From NCBI RefSeq assembly GCF_009914755.1, contig NC_060933.1: a stretch of DNA of 64,000 bases; one strand, 5' to 3'. Numbering within the stretch: position 1 is the stretch's first letter; each line of letters begins with the position of its first letter. The notes beneath the pieces were generated by a model. That model was not told the DNA's origin. It ran no database searches and was given only the letters and a program-made list of their open reading frames with translations. The position numbers were made by a program, and so were the translations under genes. This document shows positions 43,301 through 58,400 of this stretch, in pieces. This stretch comes from the human T2T-CHM13v2.0 reference genome, Homo sapiens.

Positions 43301-46300
43301 ATGGAAAGGAATGGAATGGAATGGAATGGAATGGAATGGAATGGAATGGAATGGAATCAACTCGATTGCAATCGAATGGAATGGAATGGAATTAACCCGA
43401 ATAGAATGGAATGGAATGGAATGGAACGGAACGGAATGGAATGGAATGGAATGGAATGGAATGGAACGGAACGGAACGGAACGGAACGGAATGGAATGGA
43501 ATGGAATGGAAAGGAATCAACGCGAGTGCAGGGGAATGGAAAGGAATGGAATGCAATGGAATGGAATCTTCCGGAATGGAATGGAATGGAATGGAATGGA
43601 ATGGAATCAACCCGAGTGCAATGGAATGGAGTGGAATGGAATGGAATGGAACAACCCGAATTGAATGGAATGTAATGGAGAGTAAGGGAGTTGAATAGAA
43701 TCAATCCGAATGTAATGGAATGGAATGGAACGGAATGGAATTGAATGGAATGGAATGGAATGCATGGAATGGAATCAACCCGAGTTCAACGGAATGGAGA
43801 GGAATGGAATGGAATGGAATGGAAACTACCCGAATGGAATGGAATGGAATGGAGTGTAAGGGAATTGAATAGAATCAATCCGAATGTAATGGAATGGAAT
43901 GGAACGGAATGGAATGGAATGGAATGGAATGGAATGGATTCAACAAGAATGGAATGGAAAGGAATGGAATCAACCCGAGTGCAATGGCATGGAATGGAAC
44001 GGAATGGAATGGGATGGAATGGAATGGTATGGAATAGAATGGAATGGAATGAAATGGAATAGAATGGAATGGAATGGAATGGAATGGAATGAACCCGTGT
44101 GCAATGGAATGGAATGGAATGGAATGGAATGGATTCAACTCGAGTGGAATCAACACGATTGCAATGGAGTGGAATGGAATTGAAAGGAATAGAATGGAAT
44201 CAACCCGAGTGGAATGGAATGGAAAGGACTGGAATGGAGTGGAATGGAATGGAATGGAATTAACCCGAATAGAATGAATTGGAACGGAATGGAATGGAAT
44301 GTAATGGAATGGAATGGAATGGAATCAACCCGAGTGCAGGGGAATGGAATGGAATGGAATGCAATGGAATGGAATCATCCGGAATGGAATGGAATGGAAT
44401 GGAATGGAATGGAATGGAATGGAATCAACTCGATTTCAATGGAAATGGAATGGAATAGAATGGAATGGAATTAACACGAATAGAATGGAATGGAATGGAA
44501 TTGAATGGAACAGAAAGGAATGGAATGGAATGGAATCAACCCAAGTGCAGGGGAATGGAATGGAATGGAATTCAATGGAATGGAATCATCCGGAATGGAA
44601 TGGAATGGAATGGAATGGAATGGAATGGAATGGAATGGAATGGAATGGAATCAACCCGAGTGCAATGGAATGGAGAGGAATGGAATGGAATGGAATGGAA
44701 ACTACACGAATCGAATGGAATGTAATGGAGTGTAAGGGAATTGAATAGAATGAATCCGAATGGAATGGAATGGAAAGGAATGGAATGGAATGGAATGGAA
44801 TGGAATGGAATGGAATGCAATGCCATGGAATCAACCCGAGTGCAATCGAATGGAATCGAATGGAATGGAATGCAATGGAATGGATTCAACTTGAATGGAA
44901 TGGAAAGAATGGAATCAACACGAGTGGAATTGCATGGATTGGAATGGAATGGAATGGAATCAACCCGAGTACAGGGGAATGGAATGGAATGGAATGAAAT
45001 GGAATGGAATCATCCGTAATGTAATGGAAAGGAATGGAATGGAATGGAATGGAATGGAATCAACTCTATTGCAATCGAATGGAATGGAATGGAATTGACC
45101 CGAATAGAATGGAATGGAATGGAATGGAATGGAACGGAACGGAATGGAATGGAATGGAATGGAATGGAAAGGAACGGAAAGGAATGGAATGGAACGGAAT
45201 GGAATGGAATGGAATGGAATGGAATCAACGCGAGTGCAGGGGAATGGAATGGAATGGAATGCAATGGAATGGAATCTTCCGGAATGGAATGGAATGGAAT
45301 GGAATGGAATCAACCCGAGTGCAATGGAACGGAGTGGAATGGAATGGAATGGAATGGAACAACCCGAATGGAATGGAATGTAATGGAGAGTAAAGGAGTT
45401 GAATAGAATCATTCCGAATGTAATGGAATGGAAAGGAACGGAATGGAATTGAATGGAATGGAATGGAATGCAATGGAATGGAATCAACCCGAGTGCAATG
45501 GAATGGAGAGGAATGGAATGGAATGGAATGGAAACTACCCGAATGGAATGGAATGTAATGGAGTGTAAGGGAATTGAATAGAATCAATCCGAATGTAATG
45601 GAATGGAATGGAACGGAATGGAATGGAATGGAATGGAATGGAATGGAATGGAATGGAATCAACCCGAGTGCAATCGAATGGAATCGAATGGAATGCAATG
45701 CAATGGAATGGATTCAACTTGAATGGAATGGAACTAATGGAATCAACACGAGTGGAATGGCATGGATTGGAATGGAATGGAATGGAATCAACCCGAGTAC
45801 AGGGGAATGGAATGGAATGGAATGCAATGGAATGGAATCATCCGTAATGGAATGGAAAGGAATGGAATGGAATGGAATGGAATGGAATGGAATCAACTCG
45901 ATTGCAATCGAATGGAATGGAATGGAATTAACCCGAATAGAATGGAATGGAATGGAATGGAACGGAACGGAATGGAATGGAATGGAATGGAATGGAATGG
46001 AACGGAACGGAACGGAACGGAATGGAATGGAATGGAATGGAATGGAAAGGAATCAACGCGAGTGCAGGGGAATGGAAAGGAATGGAATGCAATGGAATGG
46101 AATCTTCCGGAATGGAATGGAATGGAATGGAATGGAATGGAATCAACCCGAGTGCAATGGAATGGAGTGGAATGGAATGGAATGGAACAACCCGAATTGA
46201 ATGGAATGTAATGGAGAGTAAGGGAGTTGAATAGAATCAATCCGAATGTAATGGAATGGAATGGAACGGAATGGAATTGAATGGAATGGAATGGAATGCA

Positions 46301-49020
46301 TGGAATGGAATCAACCCGAGTTCAACGGAATGGAGAGGAATGGAATGGAATGGAATGGAAACTACCCGAATGGAATGGAATGGAATGGAGTGTAAGGGAA
46401 TTGAATAGAATCAATCCGAATGTAATGGAATGGAATGGAACGGAATGGAATGGAATGGAATGGAATGGAATGGATTCAACAAGAATGGAATGGAAAGGAA
46501 TGGAATCAACCCGAGTGTAATGGCATGGAATGGAACGGAATGGAATGGGATGGAATGGAATGGTATGGAATAGAATGGAATGGAATGAAATGGAATAGAA
46601 TGGAATGGAATGGAATGGAATGGAATGAACCCGTGTGCAATGGAATGGAATGGAATGGAATGGAATGGATTCAACTCGAATGGAATCGACACGATTGCAA
46701 TGGAATGGAATGGAATTGAAAGGAATAGAATGGAATCAACCCGAGTGGAATGGAATGGAAAGGACTGGAATGGAGTGGAATGGAATGGAATGGAATTAAC
46801 CCGAATAGAATGAAATGGAACGGAATGGAATGGAATGTAATGGAATGGAATGGAATGGAATCAACCCGAGTGCAGGGGAATGGAATGGAATGGAATGCAA
46901 TGGAATGGAATCATCCGGAATGGAATGGAATGGAATGGAATGGAATGGAATGGAATCAACTCGATTTCAATGGAAATGGAATGGAATAGAATGGAATGGA
47001 ATTAACACGAATAGAATGGAATGGAATGGAATTGAAAGGAACAGAAAGGAATGGAATGGAATGGAATCAACCCAAGTGCAGGGGAATGGAATGGAATGGA
47101 ATTCAATGGAATGGAATCATCCGGAATGGAATGGAATGGAATGGAATGGAATGGAATGGAAAGGAATGGAATGGAATCAAACCGAGTGCAATGGAATGGA
47201 GAGGAATGGAATGGAATGGAATGGAAACTACACGAATCGAATGGAGTGTAATGGAGTGTAAGGGAATTGAATAGAATGAATCCGAATGGAATGGAATGGA
47301 AAGGAATGGAATGGAATGGAATGGAATGGAATGGAATGCAATGCCATGGAATCAACCCGAGTGCAATCGAATGGAATCGAATGGAATGGAATGCAATGGA
47401 ATGGATTCAACTTGAATGGAATGGAAAGAATGGAATCAACACGAGTGGAATGGCATGGATTGGAATGGAATGGAATGGAATCAACCCGAGTACAGGGGAA
47501 TGGAATGGAATGGAATGAAATGGAATGGAATCATCCGTAATGTAATGGAAAGGAATGGAATGGAATGGAATGGAATGGAATCAACTCTATTGCAATCGAA
47601 TGGAATGGAATGGAATTAACCCGAATAGAATGGAATGGAATGGAATGGAATGGAACGGAACGGAATGGAATGGAATGGAATGGAATGGAATGGAAAGGAA
47701 CGGAAAGGAATGGAATGGAACGGAATGGAATGGAATGGAATGGAATGGAATCAACGCGAGTGCAGGGGAATGGAATGGAATGGAATGCAATGGAATGGAA
47801 TCTTCCGGAATGGAATGGAATGGAATGGAATGGAATCAACCCGAGTGCAATGGAATGGAGTGGAATGGAATGGAATGGAATGGAACAACCCGAATGGAAT
47901 GGAATGTAATGGAGAGTAAAGGAGTTGAATAGAATCATTCCGAATGTAATGGAATGGAATGGAACGGAATGGAATTGAATGGAATGGAATGGAATGCAAT
48001 GGAATGGAATCAACCCGAGTGCAATGGAATGGAGAGGAATGGAATGGAATGGAATGGAAACTACCCGAATGGAATGGAATGTAATGGAGTGTAAGGGAAT
48101 TGAATAGAATCAATCCGAATGTAATGGAATGGAATGGAACGGAATGGAATGGAATGGAATGGAATGGAATGGAATGGAATGGAATGGAATCAACCCGAGT
48201 GCAATCGAATGGAATCGAATGGAATGCAATGCAATGGAATGGATTCAACTTCAATGGAATGGAACTAATGGAATCAACACGAGTGGAATGGCATGGATTG
48301 GAATGGAATGGAATGGAATCAACCCGAGTACAGGGGAATGGAATGGAATGGAATGCAATGGAATGGAATCATCCGTAATGGAATGGAAAGGAATGGAATG
48401 GAATGGAATGGAATGGAATGGAATGGAATGGAATGGAATGGAATCAACTCGATTGCAATCGAATGGAATGGAATGGAATTAACCCGAATAGAATGGAATG
48501 GAATGGAATGGAACGGAACGGAATGAAATGGAATGGAATGGAATGGAATGGAACGGAACGGAATGGAACGGAATGGAATGGAATGGAATGGAATGGAAAG
48601 GAATCAACGCGAGTGCAGGGGAATGGAAAGGAATGGAATGCAATGGAATGGAATCTTCCGGAAAGGAATGGAATGGAATGGAATGGAATGGAATCAACCC
48701 GAGTGCAATGGAATGGAGTGGAATGGAATGGAATGGAACAACCCGAATAGAATGGAATGTAATGGAGAGTAAGGGAGTTGAATAGAATCAATCCGAATGT
48801 AATGGAATGGAATGGAACGGAATGGAATTGAATGGAATGGAATGGAATGCATGGAATGGAATCAACCCGAGTTCAACGGAATGGAGAGGAATGGAATGGA
48901 ATGGAAGGGAAACTACCCGAATGGAATGGAATGGAATGGAGTGTAAGGGAATTGAATAGAATCAATCCGAATGTAATGGAATGGAATGGAACGGAATGGA
49001 ATGGAATGGAATGGAATGGA
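40400..49020 (+). repeat. One truncated plus three near-complete tandem copies of the ~2.55 kb higher-order repeat
   Basis: Same markers as the 32.9-38.0 kb copies. MNRMNPNG ORFs start at 41194, 42205, 44741 and 47267 (offsets 1011, 2536, 2526), and MEWNGMHGM ORFs start at 43745, 46281 and 48832. Confidence 0.88.
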
Positions 49021-52000
49021 ATGGAATGCAATAGAATGGAATCAACCTGAGTGCAAACGAATGGAATCGAATGGAATGGAATGCAATGGAATAGATTCAA
49101 CTTGAATGGAATGGAAAGAATGGAATCAACACGAGTGGAATGGCATGGATTGGAATGGAATGGAATGGAATCAACCCGAGTACAGGGGAATGGAATGGAA
49201 TGGAATGCAATGGAATGGAATCATCCGTAATGGAATGCAAAGGAATGGAATGGAATGGAATGGAATGGAATGGAATCAACTCGATTGCAATCGAATGGAA
49301 TGGAATGGAATTAACCCGAATAGAATGGAATGGAATGGAATGGAACGGAACGGAATGGAATGGAATGGAATGGAATGGAATGGAACGGAAAGGAAGGGAA
49401 TGGAATGGAATAGAATGGAATGGAATGGAATCAACGCGAGTGCAGGGGAATGGAATGGAATGGAATGCAATGGAATGGAATCTTCCGGAATGGAATGGAA
49501 TGGAATGGAATGGAATGGAATCAACCCTAGTGCAATGGAATGGAGTGGAATGGAATGGAATGGAATGGAACAACCCGAATGGAATGGAATGTAATGGAGA
49601 GTAAGGGAGTTGAATAGAATCAATCCGAACGTAATGGAATGGAATGGAACGGAATGGAATTGAATGGAATGGAATGGAATGCAATGGAATGGAATCAACC
49701 CGAGTGCAATGGAATGGAGAGGAATGGAATGGAATGGAATGGAAACTACCCGAATGGAATGGAATGTAATGGAGTGTAAGGGAATTGAATAGAATCAATC
49801 CGAATGTAATGGAATGGAATGGAACGGAATGGAATGGAATGGAATGGAATGGAATGGAATGGAATGGAATGCAATGGAATGGAATCAACCCGAGTGCAAT
49901 CGAATGGAATCGAATGGAATGGAATGCAATGGAATGGATTCAACTTGAATGGAATGGAAAGAATGGAATCAACACGAGTGGAATGGCATGGATTGGAATG
50001 GAATGGAATGGAATCAACCCGAGTACAGGGGAATGGAATGGAATGGAATGCAATGGAATGGAATCATCCGTAATGGAATGGAAAGGAATGGAATGGAATG
50101 GAAAGGAATGGAATGGAATGGAATGGAATGGAATGGAATCAACTCGATTGAATTCGAATGGAATAGAATGGAATTAACCCGAATAGAATGGAATGGAATG
50201 GAATGGAACGGAACGGAATGGAATGGAATGGAATGGAACGGAACGGAATGGAATGGAATGGAATGGAATGGAATCAACGCGAGTGCAGGGGAATGGAATG
50301 GAATGGAATGCAATGGAATGGAAACTTCCGGAATGGAATGGAATGGAATGGAATGGAATGAAATGCAATGGATTCAACTCGATTGCAATGGAATGGAATA
50401 GAATGGAATGGAATGGAATGGAATGGAATTAATCCGAATAGAATGGAATGGAATGCAATGGAACGGAATGGAACGGAATGGAATGGAATGGAATGGAATG
50501 GAATGGTATGGAATGGAATGGAATGGTACGGAATAGAATGGAATGGAACGAATTGTAATGGAATGGAATTGAATGGAATGGAATGGAATGGAATGGAATC
50601 AACGCGAGTGCAGGGGAATGTAATGGTACGGAATGCAATGGAATGGAATCATCCGGAATGGAATGGAATGGAATGGAATGGAATGGAATCAACCCGAGTG
50701 CAATGGAATGGAGTGGAATGGAATGGAATGGAATGGAACAACCCGAATGGAATGGAATGTAATGGAGAGTAAGGGAGTTGAATAGAATCAATTCGAATGT
50801 AATGGAATGGAATGCAACGGAATGGAATGGAATGGAATGGAATGGAATGCAATGGAATGGAATCAACCCGAGTACAATGGAATGGAATGGAATGGAATGG
50901 AATGGAATGGAATGGAATGGAATGGAATGGAATGATACGGAATAGAATGGAATGGAACGAAATGGAATGGAATGGAATGGAATGGAATGGAATGGAATGG
51001 AATGGAATGGAATCGTTCCGAGTGGAATAGGAGGGAATGTATTCGAGTGGAATGGAAAGGAATGGAATCAACAAGAGTGGAATGGAAGGGAATGGAATGG
51101 AATGGAAACTAATAGAATGGAATCAACCCGAGTGGAATGGAATGGAAAGGACTGGAATGGAATGGAATGGAATGGAATCAACTCGATTGTAATGGAATGG
51201 AATGGAATGGAATGGAATGGAATGGAATGGAATGGAATTAACCCGAATACAATGGAAGGGAATGGAATGGAATGGAAACTAATAGAATGGAATCAACCCG
51301 AGTGGAATGGAATGGAAAGGACTGGAATGGAATGGAATGGAATGGAATCAACTCGATTGTAATGGAATGGAATGGAATGGAATGGAATGGAATGGAATGG
51401 AATTAACCCAAATACAATGGAATGGAATGGAATGGAATGGAATGGAATGGAGGGGAATGGAATGGAATCAACCCGAGTGCAGGGGAATGGAATGGAATGG
51501 AATGCAATGGAATGGAATCATCCGGAATGGAATGGAATGGAATGGAATGCAAAGCAATGGAATCAACTCGATTGCAGTGGAATGGAATGGAATAGAAAGG
51601 AATACATTGGAATCAACCCGAGTGGAATGGAACGGAAAGGACTGGAATGGAGTGGAATGGAATGGAATGCAATGGAATGGAATGGAATGGAATCAACTTG
51701 ATTGGAATGGAATGGAATGGAATGGAATGGAATGGAATCAACCCGACTGCAGGGGAATGGAATGGAATGGAATGCAATGGAATGGATTCAACTTGAATGG
51801 AATGGAAAGAATGGAATCAACACGAGTGGAATGGCATGGATTGGAATGGAATGGAATGGAATCAACCCGAGTACAGGGGAATGGAATGGAATGGAATGCA
51901 ATGGAATGGAATCATCCGTAATGGAATGGAAAGGAATGGAATGGAATGGAATGGAATGGAATGGAATGGAATGGAATGGAATCAACTCGATTGCAATCGA

Positions 52001-55000
52001 ATGGAATGGAATGGAATTAACCCGAATAGAATGGAATGGAATGGAATGGAACGGAACGGAATGGAATGGAATGGAATGGAATGGAATGGAACGGAACGGA
52101 GCGGAACGGAATGGAATGGAATGGAATGGAATGGAAAGGAATCAACGCGAGTGCAGGGGAATGGAAAGGAATGGAATGCAATGGAATGGAATCTTCCGGA
52201 ATGGAATGGAATGGAATGGAATGGAATGGAATGGAATCAACCCGAGTGCAATGGAATGGAGTGGAATGGAATGGAATGGAACAAACCGAATTGAATGGAA
52301 TGTAATGGAGAGTAAGGGAGTTGAATAGAATCAATCCGAATGTAATGGAATGGAATGGAACGGAATGGAATTGAATGGAATGGAATGGAATGCATGGAAT
52401 GGAATCAACCCGAGTTCAACGGAATGGAGAGGAATGGAATGGAATGGAATGGAAACTACCCGAATGGAATGGAATGGAATGGAGTGTAAGGGAATTGAAT
52501 AGAATCAATCCGAATGTAATGGAATGGAATGGAACGGAATGGAATGGAATGGAATGGAATGGAATGGAATGGAATGGAATGCAATGGAATGGAATCAACC
52601 CGAGTGCAATCGAATGGAATCGAATGGAATGGAATGCAATGGAATGGATTCAACTTGAATGGAATGGAAAGAATGGAATCAACACGAGTGGAATGGCATG
52701 GATTGGAATGGAATGGAATGGAATCAACCCGAGTACAGGGGAATGGAATGGAATGGAATGCAATGGAATGGAATCATCCGTAATGGAATGGAAAGGAATG
52801 GAATGGAATGGAATGGAATGGAATGGAATGGAATCAACTCGATTGCAATCGAATGGAATGGAATGGAATTAACCCGAATAGCATGGAATGGAATGGAATG
52901 GAACGGAACGGAATGGAATGGAATGGAATGGAATGGAATGGAACGGAAAGGAAGGGAATGGAATGGAATAGAATGGAATGGAATGGAATCAACGCGAGTG
53001 CAGGGGAATGGAATGGAATGGAATGCAATGGAATGGAATCTTCCGGAATGGAATGGAATGTAATGGAATGGAATGGAATGGAATGGAATGGAATGGAATC
53101 AACCCTAGTGCAATGGAATGGAGTGGAATGGAATGGAATGGAATGGAACAACCCGAATGGAATGGAATGTAATGGAGAGTAAGGGAGTTGAATAGAATCA
53201 ATCCGAATGTAATGGAATGGAATGGAACGGAATGGAATTGAATGGAATGGAATGGAATGCAATGGAATGGAATCAACCCGAGTGCAATGGAATGGAGAGG
53301 AATGGAATGGAATGGAATGGAAACTACCCGAATGGAATGGAATGTAATGGAGTGTAAGGGAATTGAATAGAATCAATCCGAATGTAATGGAATGGAATAG
53401 AACGGAATGGAATGGAATGGAATGGAATGGAATGGAATGGAATGGAATGCAATGGAATGGAATCAACCCAAGTGCAATCGAATGGAATCGAATGGAATGG
53501 AATGCAATGGAATGGATTCAACTTGAATGGAATGGAAAGAATGGAATCAACACGAGTGGAATGGCATGGATTGGAATGGAATGGAATGGAATCAACCCGA
53601 GTACAGGGGAATGGAATGGAATGGAATGCAATGGAATGGAATCATCCGTAATGGAATGGAAAGGCATGGAATGGAATGGAAAGGAATGGAATGGAATGGA
53701 ATGGAATGGAATGGAATCAACTCGATTGCATTCGAATGGAATGGAATGGAATTAACCCGAATAGAATGGAATGGAATGGAATGGAACGGAACGGAATGGA
53801 ATGGAATGGAATGGAACGGAACGGAATGGAATGGAATGGAATGGAATGGAATCAACGCGAGTGCAGGGGAATGGAATGGAATGGAATGCAATGGAATGGA
53901 AACTTCCGGAATGGAATGGAATGGAATGGAATGGAATGAAATGCAATGGATTCAACTCGATTGCAATGGAATGGAATAGAATGGAATGAAATGGAATGGA
54001 ATGCAATTAATCCGAATAGAATGGAATGGAATGGAATGGAACGGAATGGAACATAATGGAATGGAATGGAATGGAATGGAATGGAATGGTATGGAATGGA
54101 ATGGAATGGTACGGAATAGAATGGAATGGAACGAATTGTAATGGAATGGAATTGAATGGAATGGAATGGAATGGAATGGAATCAACGCGAGTGCAGGGGA
54201 ATGTAATGGAACGGAATGCAATGGAATGGAATCATCCGGAATGGAATGGAATTTAATGGAATGGAATGGAATGGAATCAACCCGAGTGCAATGGAATGGA
54301 GTGGAATGGAATGGAATGGAATGGAACAACCCGAATGGAATGGAATGTAATGGAGAGTAAGGGAGTTGAATAGAATCAATCCGAATGTAATGGAATGGAA
54401 TGCAACGGAATGGAATGGAATGGAATGGAATGGAATGCAATGGAATGGAATCAACCCGAGTACAATGGAATGGAATGGAATAGAATGGAATGGAATGGAA
54501 TGGAATGGAATGGAATGGAATGATACGGAATAGAATGCAATGGAACGAAATGGAATGGAATGGAAAGGAATGGAATGGAATGGAAAGGAATCGTTCCGAG
54601 TGGAATAGGAGGGAATGTATTCGAGTGGAATGGAAAGGAATGGAATCAACCAGAGTGGAATGGAAGGGAATGGAATGGAATGGAAACTAATAGAATGGAA
54701 TCAACCCGAGTGGAATGGAATGGAAAGGACTGGAATGGAATGGAATGGAATGGAATCAACTCGATTGTAATGGAATGGAATGGAATGGAATGGAATGGAA
54801 TGGAATGGAATGGAATTAACACGAATACAATGGTATGGAATGGAATGGAATGGAATGGAATGGAGTGGAATGGAATGGAATCAACCCGAGTGCAGGGGAA
54901 TGGAATGGAATGGAATGCAATGGAATGGAATCATCCGGAATGGAATGGAATGGAATGGAATGCAAAGCAATGGAATCAACTCGATTGCAATGGAATGGAA

Positions 55001-55450
55001 TGGAATGGAAAGGAATACATTGGAATCAACCCGAGTGGAATGGAATGGAAAGGACTGGAATGGAGTGGAATGGAATGGAATGCAATGGAATGGAATGGAA
55101 TGGAATCAACTTGATTGGAATGGAATGGAATGGAATGGAATGGAATAGAATGGAATGGAATGGAATCAACCCGACTGCAGGGGAATGGAATGGAATGGAA
55201 TGCAATGGAATGGATTCAACTTGAATGGAATGGAAAGAATGGAATCAACACGAGTGGAATGGCATGGATTGGAATGGAATGGAATGGAATCAACCCGAGT
55301 ACAGGGGAATGGAATGGAATGGAATGCAATGGAATGGAATCATCCGTAATGGAATGGAAAGGAATGGAATGGAATGGAATGGAATGGAATGGAATGGAAT
55401 GGAATCAACTCGATTGCAATCGAATGGAATGGAATGGAATTAACCCGAAT
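48300..55450 (+). repeat. Tandem duplication of ~3.5 kb
   Basis: ORF pairs 48832/52375 (3543), 49106/52659 (3553), 49785/53363 (3578) and 51797/55225 (3428). Shared variants CAACCCTAGT, GGAAACTTCCGG and CAACTTGATTGG. Confidence 0.8.
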
Positions 55451-58400
55451 AGAATGGAGTGGAATGGAATGGAACGGAACGGAATGGAATGGAATGGAAT
55501 GGAATGGAATGGAATGGAACGGAACGGAATGGAATGGAATGGAATGGAATGGAATGGAATCAACGCGAGTGCAGGGGAATGGAATGGAATGGAATGCAAT
55601 GGAATGGAATCTTCCAGAATGGAATGGAATTGAATGGAATGGAATGGAATGGTATGGAATAAACCCGAGTGCAATGGAATGGAGTGGAATGGAATAGAAT
55701 GGAATGGAACAACCCGAATGGAATGGAATGTAATGGAGACAAAGGGAGTTGAATAGAATCAATCCGAATGTAATGGAATGGAATGGAACGGAATGGAATT
55801 GAATGGAATGGAATGGAATGGAATGCAATGGAATGGAAACTTCCGGAATGGAATGGAATGGAATGGAATGGAATGAAATGCAATGGATTCAACTCGATTG
55901 CAATGGAATGGAATAGAATGGAATGGAATGGAATGGAATGGAATTAATCCGAATAGAATGGAATGGAATGGAACGGAACGGAATGGAACGGAAAGGAATG
56001 GAATGGAACGGAATGGAATGGAATGGAATGGAATGGTATGGAATGGAATGGAATGGTACGGAATAGAATGGAATGGAACGAATTGTAATGGTATGGAATT
56101 GAATGGAATGGAATGGAATGGAATGGAATGGAATCAACGTGAGTGCAGGGGAATGTAATGGAACGGAATGCAATGGAATGGAATCATCCGGAATGGAATG
56201 GAATGCAATGGAATGGAATGGAATCAACTCGAGTGCAATGGAATGGAGTGGAATGGAATGGAATGGAATGGAACAACCCGAATGGAATGGAATGTAATGG
56301 AGAGTAAGGGAGTTGAATAGAATCAATCCGAACGTAATAGAATGGAATGCAACGGAATGGAATGGAATGGAATCGAATGGAATGCAATGGAATGGAATCA
56401 ACCCGAGTACAATGGAATGGAATGGAATGGAATGGAATGGAATGATACGGAATAGAATGGAATGGAACGAAATGGAATGGAATGGAATGGAATGGAATGG
56501 AAAGGAATGGAATGGAATGGAATCGTTCCGAGTGGAATAGGAGGGAATGTATTCGAGTGGAATGGAAAGGAATGGAATCAACAAGAGTGGAATGGAAGGG
56601 AATGGAATGGAATGGAAACTAATAGAATGGAATCAACCCGAGTGGAATGGAATGGAAAGGACTGGAATGGAATGGAATGGAATGGAATCAACTCGATTGT
56701 AATGGAATGGAATGGAATGGAATGGAATGGAATGGAATGGAATGGAACGGATCAGAAAGGAATGGAATGGAATGGAATGGAATGGAATGGAATGGAATCA
56801 ACGAGAGTGCAGGGGAATGGCATGGATTGGAATGCAATGGAATGGAATCTTCCGGAATGGAATGGAATGGAATGGAATGAAATGCAATGGATTCCACTCG
56901 ATTGCAATGGAATGGAATAGAATGGAAAGGAATGGAATGGAATGGGATTAACCCGAATAGAATGGAATGGAATGGAATGGAACGGAACGGAACGGAATGG
57001 AATGGAATGGAATGGAATGGAATGGAATGGAATGGAATGGAATGGAATGAAATGGAATGGTACGGAATAGAATGGAATGGAACGAATTGTAATGGAATGG
57101 AATTGAATGGAATGGAATGGAATGGAATGGAATCAACGCGAGTGCAGGGGAATGTAATGGAACGGAATGCAATGGAATGGAATCATCCGGAATGGAATGG
57201 AATGGAATGGAATGGAATGGAATGGAATCAACCCGAGTGCAATGGAATGGAGTGGAATAGAATGGAATGGAATGAAACAACCCGAATGGAATGTAATGTA
57301 ATGGAGAGTAAGGGAGTTGAATAGAATCAATTCGAATGTAATGGAATGGAATGCAACGGAATGGAATGGAATGGAATGGAATGGAATGGAATGGAATGGA
57401 ATGGAATGCAAAGGAATGGAATCAACCCGAGTGGAATGGCATGGAATGGAATGCAATGGATTGGAATGGAATGGAATCAACTCGAGTGGAATGGAATGGA
57501 ATGGAATGGATTGGAAGGGATTGCAATGGAATGAAATGGAATGGAATGGAATGGAATCAATCATGGAAGGGAATGTAATGGAGTGGAAAGAAGGGAATGG
57601 AATCAACCCGAGTGGAATGCAAGGCAATGGAATGGAATGAAAGGAATGGAATGGAATCAACTCGATTGCAATGGAATGGAATGGAATGGAATGGAATGGA
57701 ATGAAATGGAATTAACCGGAATAGAATGGAATGGAATGGAATGGAACGGAATGGAATGGAATGGAAGGGAATGGAATCAACACGAGTGCAGGGGAATGGA
57801 ATGGAATGGAATGCAATGGAATGGAATCATCCGGAATGGAATGGAATGGAATGGAATCAACTCCATTGCAATGGAATGGAATGGAATGGAATGGAATAGA
57901 ATGGAATGGAATTAACCCGAATAGAATGGAATGCAACAGAATGGAATGCAACGGAACCGAATGGAGTGGAATGGAATGGAATGGAATCTACCCGAGTACA
58001 GGGGAATGGAATGGAATGGAATGCAATGGAATGGAGTCATCCGTAATGGAATGGAAAGGAATGGAATGGAATGGAATGGAATGGAATGGAATGGAATGGA
58101 ATGGAATCAACTCGATGGCAATCGAATGGAATGGAATGGAATTAACCCGAATGGAATGGAATGGAATGGAATGGAACGGAACGGAATGGAATGGAATGGA
58201 ATGGAATGGAATGGAATGGAACGGAACGGAATGGAATGGAATAGAATGGAATGGAATCAACGAGAGTGCAGGGGAATGGAATGGAATGGAATGCAATGGA
58301 ATGGAATCTTCCGGAATGGAATGGAATGGAATGCAATGGAATGAAAGGCAATGGATTCAACTCGATTGCAAAGGAATGGAATAGAATGGAATGGAATGGA

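Noticed and set aside
48300-55450. ~3.55 kb period as the Y-chromosome DYZ1 unit
   Set aside because: The size is similar, but the period is local (two copies) rather than array-wide, and the rest of the window follows other periods.
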